A stretch of DNA of 64,000 bases from Anolis carolinensis (taxonomy: Eukaryota), in assembly GCF_035594765.1 (NCBI RefSeq), contig NC_085844.1, positions 12,539,923 to 12,603,922 of the forward strand, read 5' to 3'. Positions 12,966-26,250 of this stretch are shown here, piece after piece. Within the stretch, counting starts at the first letter, position 1, and every line of letters begins with the position of its first letter. The position numbers were made by a program, and so were the translations under genes. Below the pieces are notes generated by a model. It made no database searches and had not been told where the DNA came from. It saw only the letters and a list, made by a program, of their open reading frames with translations.

Positions 12966-13283
12966 CTCACTACTTCGCGGTTCACTTTTCACGGATTCGC
13001 TGATTTGCGGTTTTTCACTATTATAAATCATAAAAAATTACAATTTATAGCCTAAGGAAGGGAGGAAGGAGAAGCCAAAGGGAGAGAAAAGGAGCCCAAG
13101 TGGCAACAGGAGGAGAAGAGGTGATTTATCAACACACAGTTGGTTGATCAAGACTTAAAATAGTATATAACTACTAAAATAATGTATAAATATTAAAATA
13201 AATATAGTGTCCCTACTTTGCAGATTTTCACTTATTGCGGGTGGTCCTGGAACCTAACCCCAGCAATAAGTGAGGGAACACTG
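12966..13283. mobile_element. Tc1/pogo (Tigger-like) MITE, left TIR truncated
   Basis: Ends GTGAGGGAACACTG followed by TA. Homologous to the copy at 31236-31572. Confidence 0.8.
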
Positions 13284-14019
13284 TACTAGACTCTGGTGTG
13301 GTGCTGGGTGAAAAGGTGAATCAAGGCTAGAGTGCAACAACATAGAAAATCCAGAGTTCTAAGCACTTCAAACCCTGGTCCCTCCCATAGTTTCCATGGT
13401 TTCTTCCAAATCCCTCATAAGGAATACTTACAGACCTGAAGACCCATTATTAGGTTGATGATTATATGCCACTGAGACAGTGCCATACTACCTCTTCATT
13501 ATTTCTAGCAATTATACCATACCTCTGGATTTTTAGGCTTTCTGCGGGTGTTAACAAGCTGTCTGCTTGGATATTGCCAACTTCCCTGGAAATCCCAGAT
13601 GCAACCTTAAACAAATGTTATGCTCCTTCTTGAGAGTATTGAAGCTCATAAATATTTGGTTAGCAAAGCTACCCTGCTAGGTATTACCCACTTGAGGATG
13701 CTTCCTGTTTGGGGAAAAAATGGTTTCTGCATCAATGGTGGAACTAGATTCTAATTTATCTCTACAATAATCAGTTTCCATGGAAGCTCATGACACACAA
13801 AAGCAGGACTAGTGCTGGAAAGGCCATAAAGTGATGAAACTGTTTTCTTTGACTATAAAAAAGCTCACCTGGGAGGAGATCGTGCAAAAGAAAAACTACT
13901 AAAAAGTTCCAAGAAGCAACAATATTCAATAATTTGCTTACTTTTGACCTATTCCCTAAAGGTGAAAGCTGATTTATTTTTGACTTACCTCTGCTTCTTC
14001 CCTTCTCTCTCGATCCCAG

Positions 14020-14169
14020 AGGTTTCAATGAACACCATCTCTGAGATTGTTGGCAGGAGAGTTCAGTTGAAAGGGCTTATAGGAAAGCGAGCCATGAAAT
14101 GCCCCTATTGTAATTTTTATTTCATGAAGAATGGATCGGATCTCCAGCGCCATATTTGGGCCCATGAAG
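14020..14169 (+). CDS. ZFAT: ZFAT coding exon (EVSMNTISEIVGRRVQLKGLIGKRAMKCPYCNFYFMKNGSDLQRHIWAHE)
   Basis: cag|AG...GAAG|gtgagt, 150 nt, phase 1 to 1. Confidence 0.95.
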
Positions 14170-14340
14170 GTGAGTGCGCCTGAGTCAGCCCCTTTCTTTT
14201 TAGTTGGTAATTTCTTTATGTACCAAATTAGACAAAATGTTTGACTGCGTTTTAGGGTATCTGTTTCTGTTTTCAACTACTCACTACTGGGGATCCATTT
14301 TGTCAGGTTTATGACCATGGCATTTTAACTACTGTTGTTG

Positions 14341-14430
14341 GATATAATTAGTGTCCTTCCCAATGTGCCATGGACCCAATCTTGGCTAAGATTGGGTCCA
14401 TGGCACATTGGGAAGGACACTAATTATATC
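14341..14430. repeat. Perfect 43-bp inverted repeat with 4-nt spacer
   Basis: 14341-14383 is the exact reverse complement of 14388-14430. Confidence 0.95.
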
Positions 14431-15693
14431 AGCTGCTAATTTTAAAAAATACAAAGCAGTTTTTTTGGAAAGAGATTAGGTCATGGTAAGAATAAGAATC
14501 ATTGTATATATGTATGTTCCTTTCATCTTAATGTCCTTCTGTTATGAGATGCTTTCCATTTTCTGGGAAAGCTAGATGCTTCCAGTTCTAGATACTCGCA
14601 CTGGCAGACCACTTCTTTGGGGGCTTCCAAAAGACTGCCCCAGAATGTTTGCTCATCAAGTTAATCAGTATTCCCCCCTTGGTACCAGTTCATATGTTTC
14701 TGATTTGTTAACATGAATGGCAACAGAAAATGTGAAATGACTCTACTAAAAACCATTATTGTTAAGGTGGCCATATGTGACAGGAGAGGCCTTATTCACT
14801 TGGTGTTGTGGCCATCAGGTCAAACTCATGCGTGAATTTTCTGATCTTTCATGAATATCTAGATAAAAAAAATTTCTGCTGATATCACACACCATCATAA
14901 AACTGGGAAATGATGGCAAAAGACAGCATGGCTTATTTTCAATCAAAGCAGTTCCTTGAAATTGAGCTTCATTGGACAGAATATTCTACAGAGTGATATG
15001 TTCAGTTGGAGCATTAACTGAATTAGTTATAATGTATCATGCATTCCTTTTGTGACTGTATATCTTATTGTTGCGCATGCCACATTAAAATAAATCGAAT
15101 TGATGCTTTAATTTAAAGAAATCACCTTGAAGATTATCCCTTACAATGTAAAAAAGAAACCTATCACAGACACAGCTATCCTACGGCTTTAATGCCCACT
15201 GCTGACTGTATTTATTGCATTCCTCATCCATTCCATTTGCAACATGATAAATGGCACATAATATATTCCCACCACAGAGTATGTTCCTTTCATACACTGA
15301 AAACAGAGTGTGTGTCAGTTTTTGGCAGCCTCCTGCTGTATCTTATTTTGGAGTTAAAACAAAGTTTATGTAAATCAGTGGCTTGTTGCTCATCAAGTCC
15401 AAAATATGTGTTTTGTAATTTTCTGCCTCAGCAGATAAGTCAAGACTTCTTCAGTAATTATTATTTTGGATTCTTTTGTCTCTGTGTAATCTGGCACAGA
15501 GAGACAATAGAAGAAAGAAAAAAAATGTTATGTTGTAGCCAGACTCAATGTGATATTTGCCCTGTAATTCATCCTTATATAGTTAAAATAGTGCTAGAGC
15601 ACTTCTCTGCCAGAAATACTGGTTACAATTCCCATTCAAGCACGTGCCTGACAAGCCTCACTGAATGTCCATGTTTCTTATCTCTTTCTGTAG

Positions 15694-15867
15694 GCATCAA
15701 GCCATTTAAATGTTCTTTGTGTGAATATGCCACTCGCAGCAAAAGCAACCTCAAAGCACACATGAACCGCCACAGCACTGAGAAAACCCACCTGTGCGAC
15801 ATGTGTGGGAAAAAGTTCAAATCCAAGGGCACTCTGAAGAGCCACAAACTCCTCCATACTGCTGATG
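15694..15867 (+). CDS. ZFAT: ZFAT coding exon (two C2H2 fingers, GIKPFKCSLCEY...HKLLHTAD)
   Basis: tag|GC...GATG|gtgagt, 174 nt, phase 1 to 1. Confidence 0.95.
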
Positions 15868-16045
15868 GTGAGTAGATCGTTATTAGGCCCAAAATTTTGG
15901 TCATGGTTGCTACATATATTGCATGTAGGCATATGACTGGAGGCATAGTTTACATGTGAACAGTGAGCTTACGTAAAAATTAGATAAGGATTGCTATGTG
16001 AGAGACCATCAAAAACCACATCAATTGGAAATCTTCTTTGTAGTG

Positions 16046-16178
16046 CAGTGGTTCTCAACAGAGGGTCTCCAGATGTTTTGGCCTTCACTCCCAGAAATCC
16101 TAATAGCTGGTAAACTGGCTGGGATTCCTAGGAGTTCTAGGCCAAAACACCTGGGGACCCACAGGTTGAGAACCGCTG
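16046..16178. mobile_element. Short palindromic hAT MITE
   Basis: TIRs CAGTGGTTCTCAAC / GTTGAGAACCGCTG. 8-bp TSD TTGTAGTG / TTGTAGTT. Confidence 0.8.
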
Positions 16179-16249
16179 TTGTAGTTGAAAGTACATACCT
16201 CTCTTTTGTCTAGTTGTGTGCTGGCTCTCTGCCACCAATCTGTCGGGGG

Positions 16250-16706
16250 TACTTTGAATGCAATTTTCCTGCTTCTTGGCAGGGGGTTGAACTGGATGGC
16301 CCATAAGGTTTCAACTCTGTGATTCTGATTCTATGAGTAGTGACTCAGAATTTGTGACCGACGTGTGATTAGTAGTAAATGGTCTGACTCACATGGAAAA
16401 CCCAGTACAAACGTCACACCTTGCTCAATAGAAGCCTTGCATACAGAGTGAATAAACTTCTCTTTAAAAGTCACTAAATTTGTAATTCATTTTCAAGAAC
16501 TAAACATTAGAAAGATATTCCAAAGGGTAAGAATTGTTCAATAGTACTATATTCTGCCTTGGAGTGTAGTGTGTCCCCTTCTCTTGAAGTTTTTAAACAG
16601 AGGCTAGATGGCCATCTATTGAGAGTGCTTTGATTGTGTATTTCTGCATGATAGCATAGTGTTGGGCTAGATAGTCCTTTTGATCTCTTCCAACTCTGTG
16701 ATTCTA
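16250..16706 (+). mobile_element. Two CR1 LINE 3' end fragments
   Basis: GGGGTTG(A/G)ACTGGATG...CAACTCTGTGATTCT tails at about 16250-16334 and 16500-16706. Confidence 0.65.
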
Positions 16707-17088
16707 AACTTTTTTTTCACTTCTGTGTTTTATAGAAACTATCATTGTATAAAACTGCATCCAGGTTTTATCAACAACCCAGATTTTAGAAAGCATAGCT
16801 TGCTTTTTTTTTGACAAGTTAGTGTAGATTTCTCCTTTCAACTTGCACTTTTGGGTTCCCTTTTAAGTCCATGACAGTTGTTTTTAAAAGGATTTCAAAC
16901 AGAATCTCTCTCTTTGTCCTGGTTATAAAGAAAGAATGGGAGTATAACAGATCTCTGGACAGGTTTAAATATACCCTTATTGCATTGAGATTCTAATACA
17001 TGCCTACATTAAAAACAAAAAATTGAGTGTGAAGAGACAAGGGTCCAGTTTAGCATTGAAGGAGAACAAGATTAGGCACTCTTAAGTA

Positions 17089-17165
17089 CAGGGTGTTTGA
17101 AAAAGAACTCCCTAGTTTCCATTACAATTAAATGGAAACTAGGGAGTTATTTTTCAAACACCCTG
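17089..17165. mobile_element. 77-bp Tc1/mariner-type minimal MITE (MADE-like hairpin)
   Basis: 35-bp TIRs with one mismatch, 7-nt spacer, TA on both flanks. Confidence 0.85.
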
Positions 17166-18188
17166 TATTTCAAACCATTACATCTTCAACCATTCAGTGT
17201 AAATTTGAAAAAATAAGTATCTTCTCAATATCATGGTTGTTGTTTCACACCTTTCTCCTAAAGTTAGGACTCAAGACGACTTACAGTTTAAAAAGAACAG
17301 TACAGCTAAAAACATTAAAAGTAAACATCAAATGAAGTGAACAATACATGTTGCTGTAAACTTTTTGGGGCAGTGAAGTTTGTTTGTGGTTGCATTTGGA
17401 GCAGATTCTTGTGTGTGTGTCCGGAGGTGGGGTGGTACTGTCTGGTTTTGGGTGAGCCCTCTCCGGACAACATATATATAGCCCTTTAAAATTTTAAAGC
17501 ACATTTTGGGTTGAATAATGTGGAAATTTAACCAAAACAGTTGGGGTGGAGTGCCAGAACCTCTGTGACTTCATTTTGGGACGGATGATAGGTCGTCTGT
17601 CTTCAGTATTTAACCACTTTGATTTTTGTTTTTTCTTCTGGGCCCATACCTGTTCTACTGAAAGGTCTTAGGAAAAACCAAAGCTCGGGCCCCTTCTACA
17701 CTGCCAGACAATTCACCTCTGCTTTGAACTGGGTTATATGAGTCTGCACTGCCATATAATCCAATTCAAATCAGATAATCTGGATTTTACATGACAGTAT
17801 AGAAAGGGGTCTCACTTTTTGTAAAGGAGGTTGCTCTACTCTGTTTCTGAATTTTGTTTGTGGACTACATGGCTGACTGGTTTTCTTGCTTGCTCTTTTT
17901 TAAACCATTGGGTTATCCAAAGTGAAGTACTATGACCAATGAAACTGTGGGCTGGAAGAGGGTCTCTGGATCATGCTAGGGTGGTGCCTGACATTCGGGT
18001 CACCTCATCCTGTCAAAATACATTTCCAAGGTTGCTTTTTCTGGAGCAGCTGACCACATAGCATTGGGGAAAATTTTCCTTTAACAGCCTATCCTCTGTC
18101 CACATATTTATTGTTTCTCTGCAGCATTTTCCCCTTCTTTTTGGCATGACACATTAGTTGTATCTGAATTGGTTGGTTTCTGTTTCAG

Positions 18189-18277
18189 GAAAACAATTCA
18201 AGTGCACAGTGTGTGATTATACTGCTGCTCAAAAACCACAACTTCTACGGCACATGGAGCAGCATGCTTCCTTCAAG
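18189..18277 (+). CDS. ZFAT: ZFAT coding exon (GKQFKCTVCDYTAAQKPQLLRHMEQHASFK)
   Basis: cag|GA...AAG|gtaaga, 89 nt, phase 1 to 0. Confidence 0.95.
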
Positions 18278-18814
18278 GTAAGAAAGGTGCTGGGAAGACT
18301 GGATGAACAGTTTGGTATTGAAACAAATTGGAACAAATGCAATAGGGTTGTCTGTCAGTCAGCCTGGGGTCTCAGATTACTGCCAGTCACATGCATGATC
18401 TTTGGGCTGTCAGAAACAAAATACTGCTGCATCAAGAAAGGCTGTAGATTTCTTCCAACCTTCCCCAGAGTTGGTAGTGTATACCATCTATGCTGGCCAC
18501 ATTTTGCATGTTGGAAAATAAGTGAAGAGTGAGGTAAAGGGTGAGATGGCATGTTGGCATTACTTTATCTTCATTCATGCCAGCTGGGACCAATACAGGG
18601 GATGCCCAGAACCACCTCTTTCCTCCTACCTTCATGGTGAGATCACAGAAAGTGGGTCTTGTTTCTTCAGTGGTACCAGGGCTTCCACTTTAATATGACC
18701 GCGACTGTTATCATAGTTGCATAAATGCCTCTGTTTATCATCTTGTAGTTGTTGTAGATTCAGCATCTTATTATTGTAAGAGCAGGATCATGATTTTGTT
18801 GTTGCTAGGATAAT

Positions 18815-18963
18815 TTGGTTCACTTCCCTGCTCAGCCTTGGAAATCTACTGGGTAGCCTTGAGCAAGTTACACACTCTCTGCCCCAGAAAACCCCATGAT
18901 AGGTTCCCCTTAGGGTTGCTATGAGTCAGAAACAACTTGACGGCACACAACAGTAATAACAAC
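18815..18963 (+). mobile_element. Degraded SINE with RTE-like tail
   Basis: CTGGGT..CCTTGAGCAAGTTAC core and (AAC)n-like tail. Similar pieces at about 36310-36490 (+) and 53140-53340 (-). Confidence 0.5.
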
Positions 18964-21900
18964 AGTGATTCAAAACTTGAAGCAGAGTGGCCAAAAAAGG
19001 ATTGTTTAAATGGACATAACCAAACTACATGCTTTCACTTGAATTTAAGTGCCTTCTACCTAACTTTTTATAGTTACCCATTTTTGTATCTTAAAAACAT
19101 AGAAATGAAAATCCAGGAAATTAGGTAAGCCTGAAGGATTGTTGAATTTAGAAGTCACAGCCTCAAGTTGCAGCCTGAGGAAGAGAAGGAAAAGATAAAC
19201 GATGAAAAGCTTATTAGCGTAACTGGTAGATATGCCTTCTTACTGCAATTTTCAATATAGCATCAACCATTTTAATAAAATAGGTGCATTTCATCCTTTT
19301 TAAGTACTGTAGTTATACCATATGTTGCTCCAGTTATAGCTGCATATTCATATGATAGATTTTCTTATTACTCATTTGTTGAAATACTTCTCTTTCCCTC
19401 TAATATTTAGCAAAAACAATACTTACCTTTAGTTTTCATATACCCTAACAATTCCTTTACAAATCATATATACATTGCTGAGAATATTCATATCAAGTGT
19501 TTTTTTTAAAATTTAAGAATTCTCTTAATTGTTTTGAAAATAAGAGATAAATGTTTTAGCAGGGGGTTGAGATGGCTATAAGTGATATGAAGTGCATACT
19601 TCTCATACTTCTAGAATTTTATAAGAACTGTCATTTTGCACTTTTTGTGATATTATATTCCTCCTTATTTCCATAGTCTTGTGTATGTTAAGAGTATACA
19701 TACAAATTAAACACAGATTTGATGGACAAGATTAATTTCAGAATTATTTGAATGGAATTATCAATTCCATGCACTACTTAAAATGATGTACTCTGATGGC
19801 TGTGGGTATATTGAAAATGGTGGATTATATAAGGAGGACAACATGAAGCCCCCTTTTTGAAAGGACAGAAATACCAGCAGGCTGAATGAAAGAAGCTGAC
19901 TTTGCCTATCGTAAGTGAACTACTCTTAGTAAAGAAAGTGGAGGAAACTGAAAAAACACAGCAGGTGAGCCAGAAGCAAGATGGCTTTATGAATAGAAGG
20001 CGCTGAGAGGGAACAGAGAAAATATTAGGACTCTGATATGCAGTACTCTTGTCCAATAGAAAATGGTTTCGCATTATTACAGGTAATGAATTGAAACACA
20101 AAGGTTAAATTTTATGTACAGTTCAGTTTTGTGATTCCCAACAGGTATTTTCATTCTTTCTGTTTTGACGTCTTTTGCGACCCTTTGCGTATTTCCAGGG
20201 TTTTTTAAAAAATGTATTTATTTCATAGATATGATTCTTGTTTTCAACCAGAGTCCCCAAAGAAGCCTGCAACATTCATAAAGTGTAACACAATAAATAA
20301 GGAATTCATGCTTTGATTTTAGAACATACAATAAACCTTTCCCCTTCCTTTTATTTCAAGTATAAGCAAAACCTTTAGATTAACTGCAGTTTCATATTTA
20401 CACACATAAATATCCTGAAATAGAATTTTATCCAGTTTGAAGAACATTCAGAGAAAACAGATGAGGAATATTTTAAAGAGATGGAAAGATATAAAGGACT
20501 TTGGGTTAATGACAGTAATAAAGGCATAATTCCTGTCCTCCAGTAGGACTTCCTTTCCCATTCATCACAGGAAATGCAACATGGGAATTTGTTGTTTTAT
20601 GATGAGAAAAAAGGGAATCACTGATTTCCTTTCTTTTCTATGTAGTTGTGGGTATGTTTTTAAGAAATCTTTATTAATTCTGAGGACATCAAAAATGCTA
20701 GGTGCTCCCAGACATTTTAAAGAGCCTTTCTCCAATGGCATCATTAGACCAGTATTTGCTTTTAAATGTTCTTCAGAACATCTAAAAGTTGAAATTGTTT
20801 TTATTGTTAAAATACAATCAACCAAGTATCTAAGATATTGTAATGATAAACTGTGTGGAGTTTAAAAAATAGATGAGGTACATATCTTTGGAATAGTTAT
20901 GATTTTTATGTATTTGTTACTTTCTCTTAGATGTAGCCTAATAAATAAAAGTGTTAAAACTGGACCTGAAGCCTGTGATTTCCAATCCTCCTTCACTTCC
21001 AACTTTCCCATTGGCAAAAAGAAAATGTGAATAATTATCAGTCTTGTGCATTTGTATAGAATCACTATCCGTTTCTGTTTGTTTCATTTGTAAGGCCCCG
21101 TTTTCATTTTTGAGCGCCTCTCGCGAAAACGGGCCCCTTTCCAAATGAGCCTTTTTGTTCCATGTCCAAAAATGCGAATATTTTCTCATTAGCAGCAATT
21201 GACAGGCTTCCCAGGATCCCCTTCCCGGCGTGTGCTTTAAGGAGGTTTTATATGGGGGTTTGTTTCACCTTCATCTGGGGAGTCGAAGGGCTCCCTGGCT
21301 AGGGCTGAAGACACCCTTGAGACAGAGATAGACAGAGGGATTGTACTAAGGGTGAAAAACTAGCCAGCTCCGTTGCCATTTCTCACTGCCGTTTCCTCCT
21401 TCAATCGGGAAACCTACCTTGCACCACTACTGAAGTCTCTTCATCGGAGCTAGGGGTGGATCGAAAATGGATCCTTGGCACAGGACTGGGACGCACTGCA
21501 TTCGCTGGCGGCTTGCCAGAGCTTGCCTTCCATCGCATTTGCTGGCGGCCTTGCTCCGCAACCATGCAGGCTCAGAAAGGCACTGGCAGGCATGTGTGCT
21601 TTGGGCCTGCACTGCACACACGCACTCTCTTTCCAAGGATAATGTGTGTGTGGCGTGCAAGCCCAAAGTGCCTGTACCCGCCAAGAACTGCAGCCAAGCG
21701 CCAAAAATCAGGTGACCAAATGGTTACTGTTCCCAGATCCCTTTTTTTCACTGTTATTTTTGTACCAGGAAGGGGGAATACCATATTGTACCATCCAAAT
21801 GAAACAAATGATATGAAAACACGGATTAAATGGCAGAAACGGGTACTGCGCACATCACTAATAATTACTTCTCAGAGTTTTTGTGAACTTAAAACATGTT

Positions 21901-23723
21901 ACAGAAATGTTTGGGCATTGTTTTACTCAGTATTCTAGTCAGCAAGACCATTTGCATGGATTTATTTGAGGTCTCTTGAGGGAATCTTGTAGGACACAGG
22001 TACTTATTGATTTTTGCAAAGTGATTATTTTTTTGTGTGTGCAAAGCATAAGATTTAGTTTCAGCTAGGCTACTTCTGAAGCCAGAGTTTCCATTCAAAC
22101 AGTGGTGTTTATAAGCTTCGGATTACCTTGCCTGTTGCAAAGCAAGCAATTTTTCAGCATCGCTTATGAAAACTAATATTCTAGTTTGTGTTGCTAATTA
22201 AAGCGCTACATTCCATCTGTGTTAAATGGACAGAATGCTTGAAGACCATGCACAATTTGCATGAGTTAAAACCTTTGAGCTCCAAATCGAAAATGGAGAG
22301 GCACACTGGTAAACCAAATAGTAAGAGGTTTTCATATAATATGCATCTTGCATGAAGTATTTCTGTGCCAACAGACTTTCCTGCAACCTTCATATCGAGA
22401 CAAGGCAGAGTAATGCAACAGGTATGGGGATGGATTTTTGCCCCATTGTGTTTTCTGGAAAAACACAAAAAGAAGACAAACTTTGAAAGATCCAGTAACA
22501 TGTCAGATTGTCCTTCACTGTCTGGCTATTGGCAGAAAGGGAGACCTTGTGAGTTTTCCTGTCACAAGGTGCACAGATAAACGGCGGCATCTGATACATG
22601 GATTTAATTTTCATGGCACATTTCACCCTCTTGCAGGACACAAGTATGGTCCAGATTACAACTTTAACATCGCTGCTTTAAAGCAATCTATTACCTTACT
22701 AAGATGTTATCTTCTGTTACCTTTTGAATATATTTTATTTTGAGCTTTGGTGTACTTTGGCCAAAGTATGTGTTTTCATATGCTCAATAAAATGTGCTCT
22801 CAGTTCAGTGTTTCCAGAATGTTACCTCTTTAAAACCTTATGAAATGAATGGAGTTAATAGGCAGCTTGAAAACACAGACACATGATATAGCTTTTATGT
22901 TCCTTTCATTTAATTTATTGAAATTTCATAGAACAATGTTAAATACTTACAGACCTTTATTCTGAGCTTTGAATGTCTGTCCTATACATTATGTGAGGGT
23001 CATAAGCTATAGTGTCCTCTTTTGCCCACGTGAGGAGGTATGCCTCTATATTAGTGCAGAGCAGTAATTTCATTGCCCAGATAATATACTGCTCTCTGCT
23101 TTGACAATCTATCTTTTTATGAAAAAGACCAAAATTTATCTGTTATAGTTAGCTGAAATGTTCAGTGCCATTCTGCATATTTTTATACTTGAAAGTGCAT
23201 TAAGAAAAGTAATAAAGTAAGAGATAAGACTTGCAAGATACAGGGTTCTGTGTGCACATGAGAAGGATGACATGATGGATCAAATTAGTTTGTTACCATT
23301 TTGAACTAATTTAAATAGAGATGTGGAGGCCTGGGGGAGGGAACAGAAGAATTCAGGGGGAAAATTATTTTCCTAAGCCTTTTCCCCCCAAAAAAGCTAA
23401 AAGGGGAGGTGGTAGAATATTTTCTTTTAACGGGATAAATAAAATGTTTAAGACAAAGTATCCACATATTTACTCCCCTAAAATTATTTTTAAAGCAATG
23501 TAACAAGTTTTCGTATGATGATGTACAAAATAGATAATTGTAGTTCCTGATCTTGGTTTTCCTTTCCCTACTCTTTCTATGGGAAAGAATGCATATATCT
23601 GCTGAATACCATGCAAAGACAAAATAACTTTGTTTTATTATATGCTTCTCATAAATCAACATTAATTAATAATCCATATGTTCCTTACAATTCAGAACCA
23701 TATAACATTTATGACAAAATAGA

Positions 23724-24400
23724 ACAACAATAATAACAATAACAACAACAACAACTTTATTTATACCCCGCCACCATCTCCCAGAGGGACTCGGGGCAGC
23801 TCACAAATCACTCAGAGATGCAAACACACAAAATACAAAAAAGTGCAAAGACAATAACACAAAAGCAATAACAACCCACATAAACATCACAACATCCCCC
23901 CCCCCAAGTTAAGATCAGCAAAATTCAACAATAACTGTAGGTATAAAACAACTGCAGTCAATATCAATCTCATAAAGTGCACGGTTAAATAATCTTTTGG
24001 TCCTCAAATGTTCACTAAGGGATTCTAAACATGGTCAAAGGCTTGTCAAAAAAGCCATGTCTTCAATTGTATATGGAAGGCTTGGAAAGTCGGGGCTAGC
24101 CTAATTTCCCTGAGAGGGCATTCCAAAGTTGGGAGGCCACCACCGAGAGATCCCTCTCTCTCATCCTCACCAACTGCACTTGAGATGGAAGTAGGGCCGA
24201 GAGGAGTGCCTCCCCGGTAGGTGCTTTGAATGCTGTTTTCCTGCTTCTTGGCAGGGGGTTGGACTGAATGGCCCACAAGGTCTCTTCCAACTCTATGATC
24301 TTAGTGCCCGTGCTGGTTCATAGAAGGAGATGCGGTCTCGAAAATAGGTTGGACTTGAATCATATAGGGCTTTATAGGTAATAACCTGCACTTTGAATTT
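23724..24400 (-). mobile_element. L2 LINE 3' fragment with a CR1 tail nested at about 24222-24300
   Basis: Encodes EIRLAPTFQAF..LKTWLF. Has the 3' stem-loop and a simple-repeat tail. Confidence 0.8.
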
Positions 24401-24675
24401 TCAAAAGAAAACGAGGACTTGGAAGAAACAAGATAACATCCCAAAGTGTGAAAAAATACATTTCTAATTGCACTTACTACTGAATGAGCTGTACTTTAAA
24501 TATTCCTAAATTTTTGCCAGATAGATATAATGCATCTTACAAGAATGCAACCTGCAGGGTACTAAAAATGTGAGGTTTTATTTTTAAAAATTACAGTTTT
24601 CAGGGTTTTTCTGGAAATTTCCTATCTCTAGATCGAAATCTCAATATTTCCAGGGTGGAAGTTTTATATTTCTGT

Positions 24676-25030
24676 GGAACTCCCTCCCTAGTGACATCCA
24701 GCAGGCTCTATCACTTTTGAGTTTTAGAAAGAAAGTGAAGACCTGGCTATGCGAGCAAGCGTTCAAAGAATAAGTTTTGTTGGCTTCGACTCGGTCTGGA
24801 TTAAGGTTTATGTACAAGGTTTTGTGGATGAATGGCTCAAGTATTTGGTATTGTTTTTAAATCTGTATATTGCATATTGCTAACGTATTTAACTGTTTTT
24901 AACTGCTTATGTTTTATTCTTTTGTATTGTTATGTATTGGCATCAAATTCTGCCAGTTTTGTAAGCCGCCCTGAGTCCCTTCGGGTGAGAAGGGTGGGAT
25001 CAAAATGATGGAAATAAATAAATAATAAAT
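24676..25030 (+). mobile_element. L2 LINE 3' fragment
   Basis: LLSFRKKVKTWLCEQAFKE stop, then CCGCCCTGAGTCCCTTCGGG stem-loop and (TAAA)n tail. Confidence 0.8.
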
Positions 25031-25109
25031 TTCTGACAATTGTTCTTCAGATGGGGTTCTGACAACAAGAAGTAAATATAGTTAATGAGTTTCCTTTTTC
25101 CTTCTCCAG

Positions 25110-25248
25110 CCTTTCCGGTGTGCACACTGCCATTACTCCTGCAATATATCAGGTTCTCTGAAAAGACATTACAACAGGAAACATCCCTATGAGGAATATG
25201 TTAATGCAGGCTCTGGAGAACTTCCTACTGAAGCCCTTCTCCAACAAG
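25110..25248 (+). CDS. ZFAT: ZFAT coding exon (PFRCAHCHYSCNISGSLKRHYNRKHP...ALLQQ)
   Basis: cag|CCT...CAAG|gtaat, 139 nt, phase 0 to 1. Not in the ORF track; translated by hand. Confidence 0.95.
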
Positions 25249-25844
25249 GTAATCTTGGCCACTTCAAAAGCATTGCAGGCACATTTCTTTGAAGTAAGGG
25301 GCAATTAAGTAAGTATTAGCTGATATAAGTATTAGCTGGAGTCAGCTAGTAATTTTTAGTGGTAAATCACAATGGATTTTCTTTTTTCTTTCATGGAGAG
25401 TACCTTTGGCATGATTTCAAGAAAGAAAAAACAAAGACAGATGTTGTGTTGAAATTGAAAATCCACATGAATGTGAGAACCAAAGGTAGCCCATTATCCT
25501 CTCATGGATCAGTTTGAGGGAGAAATCACGTAGGTTTAAATTGCTACACAATAAGTATGTTTCTTTCATGGAACAATGCCAAAAGCACTTCTAAGAGAAA
25601 ATAGTTATGTGTAAAATCTTTCTATGCAGCTTTGTTTTAGTCAGGCATCTCCAGTCCTGAACATACTTACATAGCTCAGGTGTAGGATATCTGAAGTATG
25701 GTATTCTCCAGTCTCCAGGGTGTATCTTCTTTCCATTCCACCATCCACATATGTAGATGAGAAAAGGCCTTCTCTGTGGCTCTTCCCAAGTTCTAGACTG
25801 GCTCCCTCCATTGTGTCTGTATAGCAGCAGCTAAAGATTTGTTC

Positions 25845-26250
25845 CTCGAGCAACAGTGAGAGTGTCCCTCTGGGCAGATAAACCAGGCAATTCTAACTGG
25901 GTGGCCCCCCATGAGGGTCTTCCTCCAGGGGCAAACCAAGAATGGGCAAATTTGAAGTCCCTAAACAGACTCAAAAGCGGAGTGGGCAGATCAAAAGACA
26001 ACTTGGCAAGGTGGCACTACCTGTAAGAATCCTCCACCTTGTGTGACTGTGGAGCAGAACAAACAACTCTGCATATGTATGTTTGCCCACAATGTCCTGC
26101 CTCATGTATGGAGGAGTTGTTTAAAGCTACGGGCAATGCAGTCACTGTTGCCGCTTTTGGTCTAAAACTATTTAGCTGCTTGTGATTTCCTTTATTTCAT
26201 CAATTTTAAATTATTTATTATGCAATGCTTTTGACACTAAAAAAAAAAAA
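25845..26250 (+). mobile_element. Vingi LINE 3' fragment (degraded)
   Basis: Homologous to 34359-35006 in the opposite orientation. AAAGATTTG on both flanks. Confidence 0.75.

Noticed and set aside
15192-15875. 227-aa ORF
   Set aside because: Only the last 58 codons are the ZFAT exon; the rest is open intron sequence.
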